Assembly: GCA_963703225.1 (NCBI GenBank)
Contig: OY969801.1
Location: forward strand, 1,984,001-2,048,000
Direction: 5' to 3'
DNA from: Candidatus Eiseniibacteriota bacterium
GTDB lineage: Bacteria > Eisenbacteria > RBG-16-71-46 > SZUA-252
Length of the DNA stretch: 64,000 nucleotides
The notes under the pieces are model-generated. The model had not been told where the DNA came from. It did no database searches and saw nothing but the letters and a program-made list of their open reading frames with translations. The position numbers and the translations under genes were made by a program. How positions within the stretch are numbered: the stretch's first letter is position 1; each line of letters starts with the position of its first letter. Positions 32,021-44,700 of this stretch are shown piece after piece.

Positions 32021-33077
32021 CGCCGTCTTTCTCCTGCTTCAGCCGTTCCACGAGGGCGCGCACTTCCTGGACGCGCTCGCGGGGACAGACCAGCGTCACG
32101 TCACCGGTTCGGACGATCACGAGATCCCGAAGCCCGATCCCCGCGACGAGGCCGCCGTCGGAGAACGCGATCACGCCGCTCGAGTCCTGGAGCAGGGCGC
32201 GCCCGCGCGTGAAGTTTCCGTTCGCGTCCTCCCGGCCGGGCTCGGCGAGGGCGGCCCAGCTTCCCACGTCGTCCCAGGCAAAGCCCGCGCGAGCCACCAC
32301 GGCGCGCTTCGTCCGCTCCATCACGGCGTAGTCGATCGAGATGGACTTCGCCGCCGAGTAGAACCGCTCCAGCGCTGCCTCGGATCCCGGGCCGGGGCGA
32401 TCGGGGAGGACCGGGAGCAAGGCCGCGAGATCGGGGGCGTGGAGCCGTATTTCCTCGAGCATCACCTCGGGGGTAAACAGGAACATCCCGGCGTTCCAGA
32501 GGTGTTTCCCGTCGGCCAGGTAGCGGGCGGCCGTCTTCGCGTCCGGCTTCTCCCGAAACGCGGAAACCTCGTGGAGCCGCGACCTGGGCTCGACCGGCTT
32601 CCCCACCTCGATGTATCCGTAGCCCGTATCGGGGCGCGTCGGTGGGATGCCGAGCACCACGATCGCCTTCCGCTCGAGCGCCGATCGGGCCCCGGCGGAG
32701 AGCTCCTCGCGAAACCGGGCCGCGGGCTCGATCCGATGATCGGAGGGGAGTATCGCGATCACCGTGTCGGCCCCCGAGCCGCGGAGCCACCACGCGGCGA
32801 GCGCCACGGCCGGCGCGGTGTTCTTCCCCACCGGCTCTCCGAAGACCTGGTCTCGGGGAATGGACGGTACCGCGGCGCGCACGGCATCGAGGAGATCCCG
32901 GGCGGTGATCACCCACGTCTCGCCCGGCGCCGCCAGACCACGAAGTCGCTCGACGGAGTCCGCGATCATGGGCCGTTCGGAGAGGAGCGGCAGGAGCTGC
33001 TTGGGGCGGGACCGGCGGGAGAGAGGCCAGAATCGCTCTCCCCTTCCGCCCGCCAGGATCACGGGAACGAGGCGCAT
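32007..33077 (-). CDS. manC: Mannose-1-phosphate guanylyltransferase
   Basis: ILAGGRGERFWPLSR, PKQLL, EPVGKNTAPA, TGYGYI, WNAGMF, WDDVGSW. Confidence 0.93.
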   Translation of the reverse strand: MRLVPVILAGGRGERFWPLSRRSRPKQLLPLLSERPMIADSVERLRGLAAPGETWVITARDLLDAVRAAVPSIPRDQVFGEPVGKNTAPAVALAAWWLRGSGADTVIAILPSDHRIEPAARFREELSAGARSALERKAIVVLGIPPTRPDTGYGYIEVGKPVEPRSRLHEVSAFREKPDAKTAARYLADGKHLWNAGMFLFTPEVMLEEIRLHAPDLAALLPVLPDRPGPGSEAALERFYSAAKSISIDYAVMERTKRAVVARAGFAWDDVGSWAALAEPGREDANGNFTRGRALLQDSSGVIAFSDGGLVAGIGLRDLVIVRTGDVTLVCPRERVQEVRALVERLKQEKDGDATL

Positions 33078-33134
33078 GGGCTAGCGGTACCACAGGCTCT
33101 CGGGAGCGGCAATACGAACCTCGGGACGGGGCGC

Positions 33135-33743
33135 CTAGTAGGCGCCGCGGGCCGAAAGCACCGCCGGAATCGTGAGCGCGAGGATGTGGAGATCGAGCGG
33201 GAACGAGCAGCGATCGACGTACTCGATGTCGAGGCGCATCCACTCGTCGAAGGGCAGGTCGCTCCGTCCGCGGACCTGCCAGAGGCAGGTGAGCCCGGGG
33301 CGCACCGTGAGGCGCCGGAGCATCCAGGGCTCGTATTTCTCGACCTCCTCGGGGAACGCGGGGCGCGGTCCGACCAGGCTCATGTGTCCCTGCAGGACGT
33401 GCCAGAGCTGTGGGAGCTCGTCGATACTCAGCTTCCGTAGGATTCGGCCCACGCGAGTGACGCGGGGATCGTCGTGGAGCTTGAACGCGGGCCCCTGAGC
33501 CTGGTTCAGATGGAGGAGAAGGCCCCGGAGCTCTTCGGCGCCAACCTGCATGGAGCGGAGCTTGAGAAAGACGAACGTTCTCCGGTTTCGCCCCACGCGG
33601 ATGGCCCGGTGGAATACGGGGCCCGGAGAATCCAGCTTGATCGCCAACGCGGCGATCGCGATCACGGGGAGTGCTACGGTGAGCGCGATGGAGGCGAACA
33701 GAACGTCGAGTATCCGCTTGGCGCCGCGGCGGTAGAGCCCCAC
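33135..33743 (-). CDS. Polyprenyl phosphoglycosyl transferase (bacterial sugar transferase family)
   Basis: [38 protein letters not shown]. Confidence 0.93.
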   Translation of the reverse strand: MGLYRRGAKRILDVLFASIALTVALPVIAIAALAIKLDSPGPVFHRAIRVGRNRRTFVFLKLRSMQVGAEELRGLLLHLNQAQGPAFKLHDDPRVTRVGRILRKLSIDELPQLWHVLQGHMSLVGPRPAFPEEVEKYEPWMLRRLTVRPGLTCLWQVRGRSDLPFDEWMRLDIEYVDRCSFPLDLHILALTIPAVLSARGAY

Positions 33744-33795
33744 GGCGGCACTCTACCACATGGACCGAGTCGACCGTCCGGGCACGGCGGCCTGC

Positions 33796-35436
33796 CTACT
33801 TCACGATCATGAGCCGCGCGGAATCCCGGCTCCTGTTGCTCTCCACGCTCGCGAAATAGACGCCCGAAGAAAGGTCGCGGCCGTCGTCCGACTTTCCGTT
33901 CCACCGGACGCGGTAGACCCCCGCCCCCAGCGCTTCGTTCACCAGCGTGGCGACCCGCTTCCCCTGCAGGTCGAAGATCCGGACCGAGGCGGGACCCGCC
34001 CGCGGCACGGAGAACTCGATCGTCGTGCTGGGATTGAATGGGTTCGGGAAGACTTTTCGCACCGACGTCCGCGCGCTGACGGGGACCCCGCTGATCGGCT
34101 CGACGCCGCTGATCGTGTAGATGAAGTAGAGACCGATGTTGTCGAAGTAGATTCCCTCCGACTGGATCCCCAGCGAGCGGATCTGCCCCTCGTCATCCCG
34201 GATCGTCGTCTGCTTCTCGTCCCGGATGCGGAAGCCGAGCCGGATCAGCTCCGTCCCCGGCTGGACCCCGGTTCGCGAGGTGAAGTAGGGATCGAACGTG
34301 ACGGCGCTCCCCTCCACGCACTGGGGGGTGCCGCCAAAGAAGACGAGCGGATCGAGCGCGTTCCTCCAGGGGGTCCAGGTGATCCCGTCCATGGAGCCCT
34401 GGATCCAGAGTGACCAGTAAACCCCATACTGCCGCGGCAGGTTGATCCAGTTGTCGAATTGCAGCCGGAGGGACGAATTGGTCGTCAGGTGCGTCCCCGC
34501 GATGTCGATCGGGGGGGTGGTGAGCATGGCATCGGCGAAATCGGGTACGACCCCGAATCCGTTCCCGTGGAACGGCACCCAGAGGCGTGTGCTGAGGAAA
34601 TAGCAGGTCGTGGGATACTTGGTCCCCGGGTAGCTCTCCACGTGCCAGAGCGTGCCGGGGTCGGGCGAGGTGGCGACCCAGTTCGCTCCTCCCGCCTCCA
34701 TGTCGTCGAAGAACTTCACCACGCTTCCCGACGCGGTGATCTTCACGTCGTCCACCGACCAGCCCGTATAGACGTCGTTCGAATCGGAGCGGGAGACGCT
34801 CAGGTCCGAGCCGAAGACAAACATCAGCTGGACCGGCTGCGGCCGCGTCGTCCAGCTGTTGGGGATCGTGATCGACGCGTTCACGCAGCTCGATCCCAAG
34901 TCCCCCGTGTAGGACGCGAGGGTGTCCCAAACCGACGACGCCAGACCGTCGTGGATCAGCACCCAACCCCAGTCATACCCCTCTTCCGTCTGGAGGCGTT
35001 GCTTGAAGGTCAGAACGTTCCCCGTCGACCCCGTCAGGTTGATCGGCGTGTTGGTCTTGAGCAGCTGCACCCAGTTGTTGTCGTAGCCGTCCCCGTACGT
35101 GAGACCCGTGACGCCGCACCACCAGGCCTGGCCGACGCAGGAATGGGTTCCTGTCGCCAGGTGCCAGGCGTTCGGCTGTCCGGCGCGAAAGTCCACCGTG
35201 CTCCAGCCGGCCGTATCGCCCTCGATGTCCGTGAAGAAGGCCTGGTGCTTGATCGTGGTCTCGGAAACCGCGGGGGTCTGCGGCGGGCGGGGCTCCACGG
35301 TGAAGGTGTCGTACATCTCTCGCACCACCGGCTTCCCCGCGCGGGCTGGCGTGGCCGCAGCGAGGAGAAGAAGTGCCGGGAGGACGATCATCGGGACGAT
35401 GCCGCGCGGGCGGGCAAGCGTATCAAGGTGGATCAC
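33796..35436 (-). CDS. Secreted protein with two MAM/InhA-like jelly-roll domains and a FlgD-Ig/T9SS-like tail (paralog A)
   Basis: Signal peptide, AWWCG...EEGYDWG...GWSVDDV, tail FPNPFNP...SSGVYF; start placed by homology to paralog B. Confidence 0.8.
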   Translation of the reverse strand: MIHLDTLARPRGIVPMIVLPALLLLAAATPARAGKPVVREMYDTFTVEPRPPQTPAVSETTIKHQAFFTDIEGDTAGWSTVDFRAGQPNAWHLATGTHSCVGQAWWCGVTGLTYGDGYDNNWVQLLKTNTPINLTGSTGNVLTFKQRLQTEEGYDWGWVLIHDGLASSVWDTLASYTGDLGSSCVNASITIPNSWTTRPQPVQLMFVFGSDLSVSRSDSNDVYTGWSVDDVKITASGSVVKFFDDMEAGGANWVATSPDPGTLWHVESYPGTKYPTTCYFLSTRLWVPFHGNGFGVVPDFADAMLTTPPIDIAGTHLTTNSSLRLQFDNWINLPRQYGVYWSLWIQGSMDGITWTPWRNALDPLVFFGGTPQCVEGSAVTFDPYFTSRTGVQPGTELIRLGFRIRDEKQTTIRDDEGQIRSLGIQSEGIYFDNIGLYFIYTISGVEPISGVPVSARTSVRKVFPNPFNPSTTIEFSVPRAGPASVRIFDLQGKRVATLVNEALGAGVYRVRWNGKSDDGRDLSSGVYFASVESNRSRDSARLMIVK

Positions 35437-35510
35437 CGGGGGAACCTCGCTCGGTTGTGGGTCCACGGATGCGTGAGGCTGCTCAAGTCGCGATTCACCG
35501 ACACAAACGA

Positions 35511-35560
35511 TCGGGGCAAGACCCCGCCGGCCCCTGTGGACCAGCGAACTCCTGCCCCGA
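35511..35560 (-). promoter_or_regulatory. Long hairpin in the paralog A leader (attenuator-like)
   Basis: 23-position stem with one mismatch and G-U pairs that form only on the minus strand, followed by UCGUUUGUGU. Confidence 0.55.
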
Positions 35561-35715
35561 ACACGTTAGCAGGAGTCATCCTACTCGATCCCGAGATCTA
35601 TTGCGAGCCTTGATTCAATGCCGAGATAGTGACGGGGGCCGTTGCGATGCCGCCGCGGCCCCCGCCGACTGATCTCAGAGAATTATCCGATGCGCTTCAA
35701 CAGACCACCCATCGT

Positions 35716-35760
35716 ACCGGCCGGGCGCCCCGGGCGAAGCCCGGGGCGCTCCCGTCCGGT
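35716..35760 (-). terminator. Hairpin immediately after the giant gene stop codon
   Basis: ACCGG...GCGCCCCGGGC / GCCCGGGGCGC...CCGGT inverted repeat; no clear U-tract. Confidence 0.55.
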
Positions 35761-35766
35761 TACTAC

Positions 35767-38700
35767 CTACTTCATGACGATGAACGATCCCTTCGTCACA
35801 CCCTCAGCCGACTGCACACGATAGTAGTAGACGCCGGAGGCGAGCTTGTTGCCGCTCTCGTTCCGACCGTCAATCGTCACATCGTGCAGGCCAGGCATCA
35901 GGTACTGACGCTGCATCAGATTGCGCACCAAACGGCCATTCAGGTCGAACACCTGGATGCTGGTCACACCAGGCCTCGTCGTGACGAACGAGAGCTTGGC
36001 TTGCGGGTTGAGCGGGTTCGGCGAAACCGAAGCCATCGAGCCCGCGTGTGCCCAGCTGAACTTGATCACATGCGCCGTGGTGGTGCCACGTGCCTTGCCG
36101 CCGTTGGTCAGGGTCGCCTCGAGCGTCAAGGTCACGTCTGTCGTTCCGTTCGGCAGTGCCGAGAAGAGGTTCTTCATATCGTCCTTGGTGAAGCAGGCCC
36201 TGATCTCGGTTATGCCATTCTTGTTCGAATCTCCATCGATGATGTTCTTGCAGTTCGCGTTCTTCGTGACCCCGTTGTACGTGAGCGTGATCGCAGTTGA
36301 GGACAAGAGCACGTCATTCACGTTGAACGAGTTCCCGATCGGCTCCATACGGATGTAGCTGCCGATGAGCTGCGGGAACATGTAGTTCAGGTTCTTGAAG
36401 AAGAACACGTTGGCCGCGAAGAAGTCGCTAATCGTCGCGGTCGCGGTCGCATCCCCGAACAAGAGACCCGGATCGGTCACGCGCAGGCTCACCGTGTAGA
36501 CGCCCGTCGCCGCGTACGCGTGCGAGGGGGTCGCGCCGGTGCCCGTGCTGGCGTCACCAAAGTCCCAGGCGTAGGTCAACGCGTCGCCGTCCGGATCCGA
36601 GGAGCCGGTTCCGTTGAAGCTGATCGCGCCGCCCACGTTGCTCGAGTACGGACCGCCGGCATTCGCCGTCGGCGCCCGGTTCGCGTTCCTTACGGTGATC
36701 GCCGTCGTTGCCGAGCCCGTGAGCGAGTGCGGCCCAGCAGGATTCTTTGCCGTGAACTTGACGTTATAGACCCCGGCATCGATGAACGTCGGAGTCCATG
36801 TCAACGTGCCCGCCGTGTTCGACCCGTTCGCCGTAAACACCGCATTGTTTCCGAGAGGCAGACCGGACAGGTCCGCCGTCAAGGAGCCGATGGGATCCGA
36901 GTCCGGATCGGTGGCCGTGACGTTGACGGTAAGAAGCACCCCCTCGTCGGCGCCGAGTACCGCAGCAGGAGCAGTAACCAGAGGCGCGTGGTCGGTTGTG
37001 AACGTCGCACCACTCAGCTGCGATGTGTTGGCCGACAAGGTGACCGGACCACCATCGGGATCTGTGACGTATACGGGGATCACGAGTTTCACACCCTTAG
37101 TCGCCTGAACACTCGCGGGTGCAGTGATCACCGGCGGTGAACCAACGGCAGCCGCGGCATTAACCGCAAACCGAGACGCCGAGGCCAGCGCGAACGACGG
37201 AGCCATCGCGGGAGCCGGGGTGCATACAACCATGACACTCGTCGTCGCGGTTGATGTGTTTCCCTGCCCGTCCGTCGCCGTCCACGTTACCGTGTAGGTC
37301 GATCCGCAGTCCCCTTGCGCCGGGGTCCACTCGACGGTTCCGGAGCTAACCGTCCCCGCCGGACCGATCGTAATCACGGTCGTCGCGGAGCCGGACAGAG
37401 CGTTCATGGCAGTGAAGGTGATGGTCTGCGCCCCTTCCTGCCCCGCCACCGGTGCCCAGAAGAATGTCCCTGACGTGTTCGATCCGTTCGGTGTGAATGT
37501 GGCGCCCGTGAGAAGCGGCGACGCAGTCAACGATGTAATCGCGTTACCGTCCGGATCGGTCGCCGTCACGGTGAACTGAACCGCGCTCCCCACGCTGGTC
37601 GACGCGCTCGGAGGCGCGGAGACCGTCGGAGCCTGGTCGGCCGGCGCACCGGTGACCGTGACCGTGATCGCCTCAAAATCGCTCATCGACGGGGTCCCGT
37701 TGTCCGTCACACGGACCGTGATCGGGAAGCTCCCGCCCGCTCCAGGCGTCCAGCTGAAGGCGCCCGTCGAGCCGTTGATCGCCGCGCCGGCAGGTGCGCC
37801 AGCGTCGAGCGAGAACGTAAGCGAGTTCGCAGGAATATCGGCGTCCGTCGCGGTCGCCGTGAAGCTCAGGACCGCGAACTGGGCGACCGTCTTGTTGCCG
37901 ATCGCGGCCAGGATCGGCGCCACGTTCACCTCGTTGACGGTGACCGTGATCGCCTCGAAGTCGCTGAGCGCCGGGGTGCCGTTATCCGTCACGCGAACCG
38001 TGATCGGGGTGGAGGCAGGTCCCTGCGCTTCCGTCGGCGTCCAGCTGAACGCACCCGTCGACCCATTGATCGTGGCGCCAGCGGGATTTCCAGCATCCAG
38101 CGAGAACGTCCGGGTCTGGCCGGCGTCCGGATCGGTCGCCGTCGCCGTGAAGGCCAACGTCGCCAACTCATTCACCGTCTTGTTGCCGATCGCACCGAGC
38201 ACCGGCGCCTGGTTCGGAGCCGCGCTCACCGTGATCGTAATGAGCTCAGACGCGCTCAACGCAGGCGTCCCGTTGTCCGTCACGCGGACCGTCACCGGGA
38301 AGCTGCCGGCCGCCGCGGGCGTCCAGCTAAACGCGCCGGTCCCGGCATTGATCGTCGCACCGGCAGGAGCACCAGTATCGAGAGAGAACGCAAGCGTGTT
38401 GGCAGGAATGTCGGCATCCGTCGCCGTCGCCGTGAAGGTCAACGCGACCCCCACCGTTCCTGCCTTGTTGCCGATCGAAGCAAGCACCGGCGCTTGGTTC
38501 ACCTCGTTGACGGTGACCGAGATCGTCTCGAAATCGGTCATCGATGGGCTGCCGTTATCCGTCACCCGAACATTGATCGAATAGACATTCGGGCCCTGGA
38601 CTTCCAGAGGCGTCCAGGAGAAGGCACCCGTCGACCCGTTGATCGTCGAACCGGCAGGGTTGCCGGCGTCGAGCGAGAACGTGAGCGTGTTTGCAGGCAG

Positions 38701-41700
38701 ATCAGCGTCGGTCGCCGTCGCCGTGAAGGCCAACGTCGCCAACTCGTTCACCGTCTTGTTGCCAATCGCGGCGAGTACCGGCGCCACGTTCACTTCGTTG
38801 ACGGTGATCGTGATCAACTCCGCCGCGTTCAGCGCCGGGGTGCCGTTGTCCGTCACACGAACCGTGACCGGATAGCTCCCAGGACCCTGCGCCTCCGTCG
38901 GCGTCCAGCTAAAGGCACCGCCCGCCGTGATCGCCGAGCCGGTCGGATTGCCGGCATCCAGCGAGAACGTGAGCGTGTTCGCAGGCAGATCGGAGTCGGT
39001 CGCCGTCGCCGTAAACGTCAGGGCGGACAGCTCGTTCACCGTCTTGTTGCCGATCGCGGCCAGAACCGGCGCCACGTTCACGTCGTTAACCGTGATCGTG
39101 ATTGCGGCCGTACCGCTCATGACCGGCGACCCATTGTCCGTCGCGCGAATGGTTACCGGGTAGGTGCCCGGGCCCTGCGCTTCGGTCGGGGTCCAGGAGA
39201 AGGCACCCGTGCCAGCGGCGATCGCGGCTCCGGCAGGAGCACCGGCATCCAGCGACCACGCGATCGTGTTCGCGGGGACGTCAGCGTCCGTCGCCGTCAC
39301 CGTGAAGTTCAACGCCACCAGCTCGTTGACGGTCTTGTTTCCAGGATTCGCGACGACAGGCGCCACGTTCACTTCATTGACCGTGACCGTGATCGTCTCG
39401 AAGTCGTTCAACGCCGGGCTGCCGTTATCCGTCACACGAACCGTGATCGGCGTGGAGGCAGGTCCCTGCGCTTCTGTCGGCGTCCAGCTGAAGGCGCCCG
39501 ACGACCCGCCGATCGTGGCACCCGCAGGGGCACCCGCATCCAGCGAGAACGTCAGCGTCTGGGCCGGAACGTCGGCGTCCGTCGCCGTCGCCGTGAAGGC
39601 CAACGTCGCCAGTTCGTTCACCGTCTTGTTGCCGATCGCGCCAAGCACCGGCGCCTGTTCGGAGCCGCGCCCACCGTGATCGTGATCGCCTCGAAGGCAC
39701 TCAAGGCGGGCGTCCCGTTGTCCGTCACGCGGACCGTCACCGGGAAGCTGCCAGCCGCCGCGGGTGTCCAGCTAAACGCGCCCGTCCCGACGTTGATCGT
39801 CGCACCGGCAGGAGCACCGGTATCCAGCGAGAACGCAAGCGTATTGGCCGGAATGTCGGCATCCGTCGCCGTCGCCGTAAAGGTGACCGCGATTCCGACC
39901 GTTCCCGTCTTGTTGCCGATCGCGGCCAGTACCGGCGCCACGTTCACCTCGTTGACGGTGACCGTGATCGTCTCGAAGTCGGTCATCGATGGGCTGCCGT
40001 TATCCGTCACCCGAACATTGATCGAAAAGACATTCGGGCCCTGGATTTCCAGAGGCGTCCAGGAGAAGGCACCCGTCGACCCGTTGATCGTGGCGCCCGC
40101 AGGGGCGCCGGAATCGAGCGAGAACGTCAACACATCACCGGAGTTCGGATCGGTCGCCGTCGCTGTGAAGGCCAACGTCGCCAACTCGTTCACCGTCTTG
40201 TTGCCGATCGCACCGAGCACCGGCGCCTGGTTCGGAGCCGCGCTCACCGTGATCGTGATCGCCTCATTGTCGAACAGCGCCGGGCTCCCGTTGTCCGTCA
40301 CACGGACCGTAACCGGGAAGCTGCCGGCCGCCGCAGGCGTCCAGCTAAAGGCGCCCGTCGCAGCACCGATCGTCGAACCAGCAGGATCGCCGGCTTCGAG
40401 CGAGAAGGTCAGCGTGTTCGCCGGAACGTCGGCATCGGTCGCGGTCGCCGTGAAGGTGACTGCCACCCCCACCGTTCCCGCCTTGTTGCCGATCGTGTCC
40501 AGCACCGGCGCCACGTTCACCTCGGTAACCGTGATCGTGATCGCCGCCGTGCCGCTCAGCGCGGGCGACCCGTTGTCCGTGTCGCGGATCGTCACCGGGA
40601 ACGTCCCCGGACCCTGCGCTTCGGTCGGCGTCCAGCTGAAGGCACCCGTTCCAGCCACAATCGTCGCGCCGGCAGGTGCACCGGCATCCAACGTCCAAGT
40701 GTTGACGTTCGCCGGAAGATCCGCATCCGTCGCCGTCACCGTGAAGGTCAGCGCCGTCAACTCCGCGACGGTCCTGTTGCCAGGGCTCGTCACGACCGGC
40801 GCCACGTTCACCTCGGTAACCGTGACCGTGATCGCCGCCGTGCCGCTCAGGGCCGGGCTGCCGTTGTCCGTCGCCCGAATCGTGATCGGGAACGTCCCAG
40901 GGCCCTGCGCCTCGGTCGGGGTCCAGCTAAAGGCACCCGTCCCCGCGACGATGGCCGCTCCGGCAGGAGCACCGGCGTCCAACGACCAGCTGATCGTCTG
41001 CGCCGGGAGATCCGCGTCGGTCGCCGTCACCGTAAAGGTGAGCGTCGCCAGCTCCGCGACCGTCCTGTTCCCAGGGCTCGTCACCACCGGCGCCACGTTC
41101 ACCTCGGTAACCGTGATCGTGATCGCCGCCGTGCCGCTCAGCGCCGGCGACCCGTTGTCCGTCTCGCGGATCGTCACCGGGAAGGTCCCCGGCCCCTGCG
41201 CTTCGGTCGGCGTCCAGCTGAAGGCACCCGTTCCAGCCACAATCGTCGCGCCGGCAGGTGCACCGGCATCCAACGACCAAGTGATCGTGTTCGCCGGAAG
41301 ATCCGCATCCGTCGCCGTCACCGTGAAGGCCAGCGTCGCCAACTCCGCGACGGTCCTGTTGCCAGGGCTCGTCACGACCGGCGCCACGTTCACCTCAGTG
41401 ACGGTGACCGTGATCGCCGCCGAGCCGCTCAGCACCGGGGACCCGTTGTCCGTCGCCCGAATCGTGATCGGGAACGTCCCAGGGCCCTGCGCCTCGGTCG
41501 GCGTCCAGCTGAAGGCGCCCGTCCCGCCGACAATCGTCGCACCGGCAGGAGCACCCGCATCCAGCGAGAACGTCAGGACGTCGCCGGCATTCGGATCCGT
41601 CGCCGTCACCGTGAAGGTCAGCGGTGAAAGCTCGGCGACCGTCCTGTTGCCAGGATTGTTCACCGTCGGCGCCTGGTTCGGAGCCGCGCTGACCGTGATC

Positions 41701-44700
41701 GTGATCGCCTCATTGTCGAACAGCGCCGGGCGTCCCGTTGTCCGTCACACGGACCGTAACCGGGAAGGTGCCGTTCGCCGCGGGCGTCCAGCTAAAGGCG
41801 CCCGTCGAGCGTTGATCGTCGAACCGGCAGGATGCGCCGGCTTCGAGCGAGAAGGTCAGTGTGTTCGCCGGAACGTCAGCATCGGTCGCGGTCGCCGTGA
41901 AGGTGATCGCGACTCCCACCGTTCCCGCCTTGTTGCCGATCGTATTCAAGACCGGCGCCACGTTCACCTCGGTAACCGTGATCGTGATCGCCGCCGTGCC
42001 GCTCAGAGCCGGCGTCCCGTTGTCCGTCGTCGCGGATCGTCACCGGGAACGTCCCGGGGCCCTGCGCTTCGGTCGGGGTCCAGCTGAAGGCACCCGTACC
42101 CGCACCAATCGTCGCACCGGCAGGAGCGCCGGCATCCAACGACCACGTGATCGTGTTCGCCGGCAGGTCGGCATCCGTCGCCGTCACCGTGAAGGCCAGA
42201 GTCGTCAACTCCGCGACGGTCCTGTTGCCAGGGCTCGTCACGACCGGCGCCACGTTCACCTCGGTAACCGTGACCGTGATCGCCGCCGTGCCGCTCAGGG
42301 CCGGGGTCCCGTTGTCCGTCGCCCGAATCGTGATCGGGAACGTCCCAGGACCCTGCGCCTCGGTCGGGGTCCAGCTAAAGGCACCCGTACCCGCCACAAT
42401 CGCCGCTCCGGCCGGAGCACCGGCATCCAACGACCAGCTGATCGTCTGCGCCGGGAGATCCGCGTCGGTGGCCGTAACCGTAAAGGTGAGCGCCGCCAGC
42501 TCCGCGACGGTCCTGTTCCCAGGGCTCGTCACGACCGGCGCTACGTTCACCTCATTGACCGTGATCGTGATCGCCGCCGTGCCAGCCAAAGCCGGCGATC
42601 CGTTGTCCGTCGCGCGAATGGTCACCGGGAAGGTGCCCGGGCCCTGCGCCTCGGTCGGGGTCCAGCTAAAGGCACCCGTACCACCCACAATCGCGGCTCC
42701 GGCAGGAGCACCGGCATCCAGCGACCACGCAATCGTGTTCGCAGGAATGTCAGCATCCGTGGCCGTCACCGTGAAGGCGAGGGTCGCCAACTCATTGACC
42801 GTCTGATTCCCCGGGCTCACAACCACCGGCGCCACGTTCACCTCGGTAACGGTGACCGTGATCGCCGCCGAGCCGCTCATGGTCGGGCTGCCGTTGTCCG
42901 TCGCCCGAATGGTGATCGGGAACGTCCCCGGGCCCTGCGCTTCGGTCGGGGTCCACGCGAAGGCGCCCGTCGACCCGCCGATGGTGGCGCCCGCAGGGGC
43001 TCCCGCATCGAGCGAGAACGTCAGCACGTCTCCAGCGTTCGGATCCGTCGCCGTCACCGTGAACGTCAGCGGTGAAAGCTCAGCAACGGTCCTGTTTCCG
43101 GGGCTCGTCACGACCGGCGGCTGGTTCGGAGCCGCGCTGACCGTGACCGTGATCAGTTCATTGTCGAACAACGCCGGGCTCCCGTTGTCCGTCACTCGGA
43201 CCGTAATCGGGAAGCTGCCAGCCGCCGCAGGCGTCCAGCTAAAGGCGCCCGTCGAGCCGTTGATCGTCGAACCGGCAGGTGCGCCGGCTTCGAGCGAGAA
43301 CGTCAGGGTGTTCACCGGAACGTCGGCATCGGTCGCCGTCGCCGTGAAGGTCAACGGGACCGCCACCGTCGCGGCCTTGTTTCCGATCACACCCAACACC
43401 GGTGCCACGTTCACCTCGGTAACCGTGACCGTGATCGCCGCCGTGCCGCTCTGGGCCGGGCTCCCGTTGTCCGTTGCCCGAATCGTGATCGGGAACGTCC
43501 CCGGGCCCTGCGCCTCGGTCGGGGTCCAGCTAAAGGCACCCGTCCCCGCGACAATGGCCGCTCCGGCCGGAGCACCCGCGTCCAACGACCAAGAGATCGT
43601 CTGCGCCGGGAGATCCGCATCGGTGGCCGTAACCGTAAAGGTGAGCGCCGCCAGCTCCGCGACGGTCCTGTTCCCAGGGCTCGTCACGACCGGCGCTACG
43701 TTCACCTCATTGACCGTGATCGTGATCGCCGCCGTGCCGCTCAGAGCCGGCGTCCCGTTGTCCGTCGCGCGGATGGTCACCGGGAAGCTGCCCGGGCCCT
43801 GCGCTTCGGTCGGGGTCCAGCTGAAGGCACCCGTGCCAGCGCCAATCGTCGCGCCAGCCGGTGCGCCCGCATCCAGCGACCACGCGATCGTGTTCGCCGG
43901 AAGGTCGGCATCCGTCGCCGTCACCGTGAACGCCAAGGTCGCCAGCTCGTTGATCGCCTGGTTCCCCGGGCTCGTAACGACCGGTGCCACGTTCACCTCG
44001 GTAACCGTGACCGTGATCGCCGCCGTGCCGCTCTGGGTCGGGCTGCCGTTGTCCGTCGCCCGAATCGTGATCGGGAACGTCCCAGGGCCCTGCGCCTCGG
44101 TCGGGGTCCAGCTAAAGGCACCCGTCCCCGCGACGATGGCCGCTCCGGCAGGAGCACCGGCATCCAACGACCAGCTGATCGTCTGCGCCGGGAGATCCGC
44201 GTCGGTGGCCGTAACCGTAAAGGTGAGCGCCGCCAGCTCCGCGACGGTCCTGTTCCCAGGGCTCGTCACCACCGGAGCCACGTTCACCTCGGTAACCGTG
44301 ATCGTGATCGCCGCCGTGCCGCTCAGCGCGGGCGACCCGTTGTCCGTATCGCGGATCGTCACCGGGAAGGTCCCCGGACCCTGCGCTTCGGTCGGGGTCC
44401 AGCTGAAGGCACCCGTTCCAGCGCACAATCGTCGCGCCGGCAGGTGCACCGGCATCCAACGACCAAGTGTTCACGTTCGCCGGAAGATCGGCATCCGTCG
44501 CCGTCACCGTGAAGGTCAGCGCCGTCAACTCCGCGACGGTCCTGTTGCCAGGGCTCGTCACGACCGGCGCCACGTTGACCTCGGTAACCGTGACCGTGAT
44601 CGCCGCCGTGCCGCTCATGGTCGGGCTGCCGTTGTCCGTCGCCCGAATGGTGATCGGGAACGTCCCGGGGCCCTGCGCTTCGGTCGGGGTCCAGGCGAAG

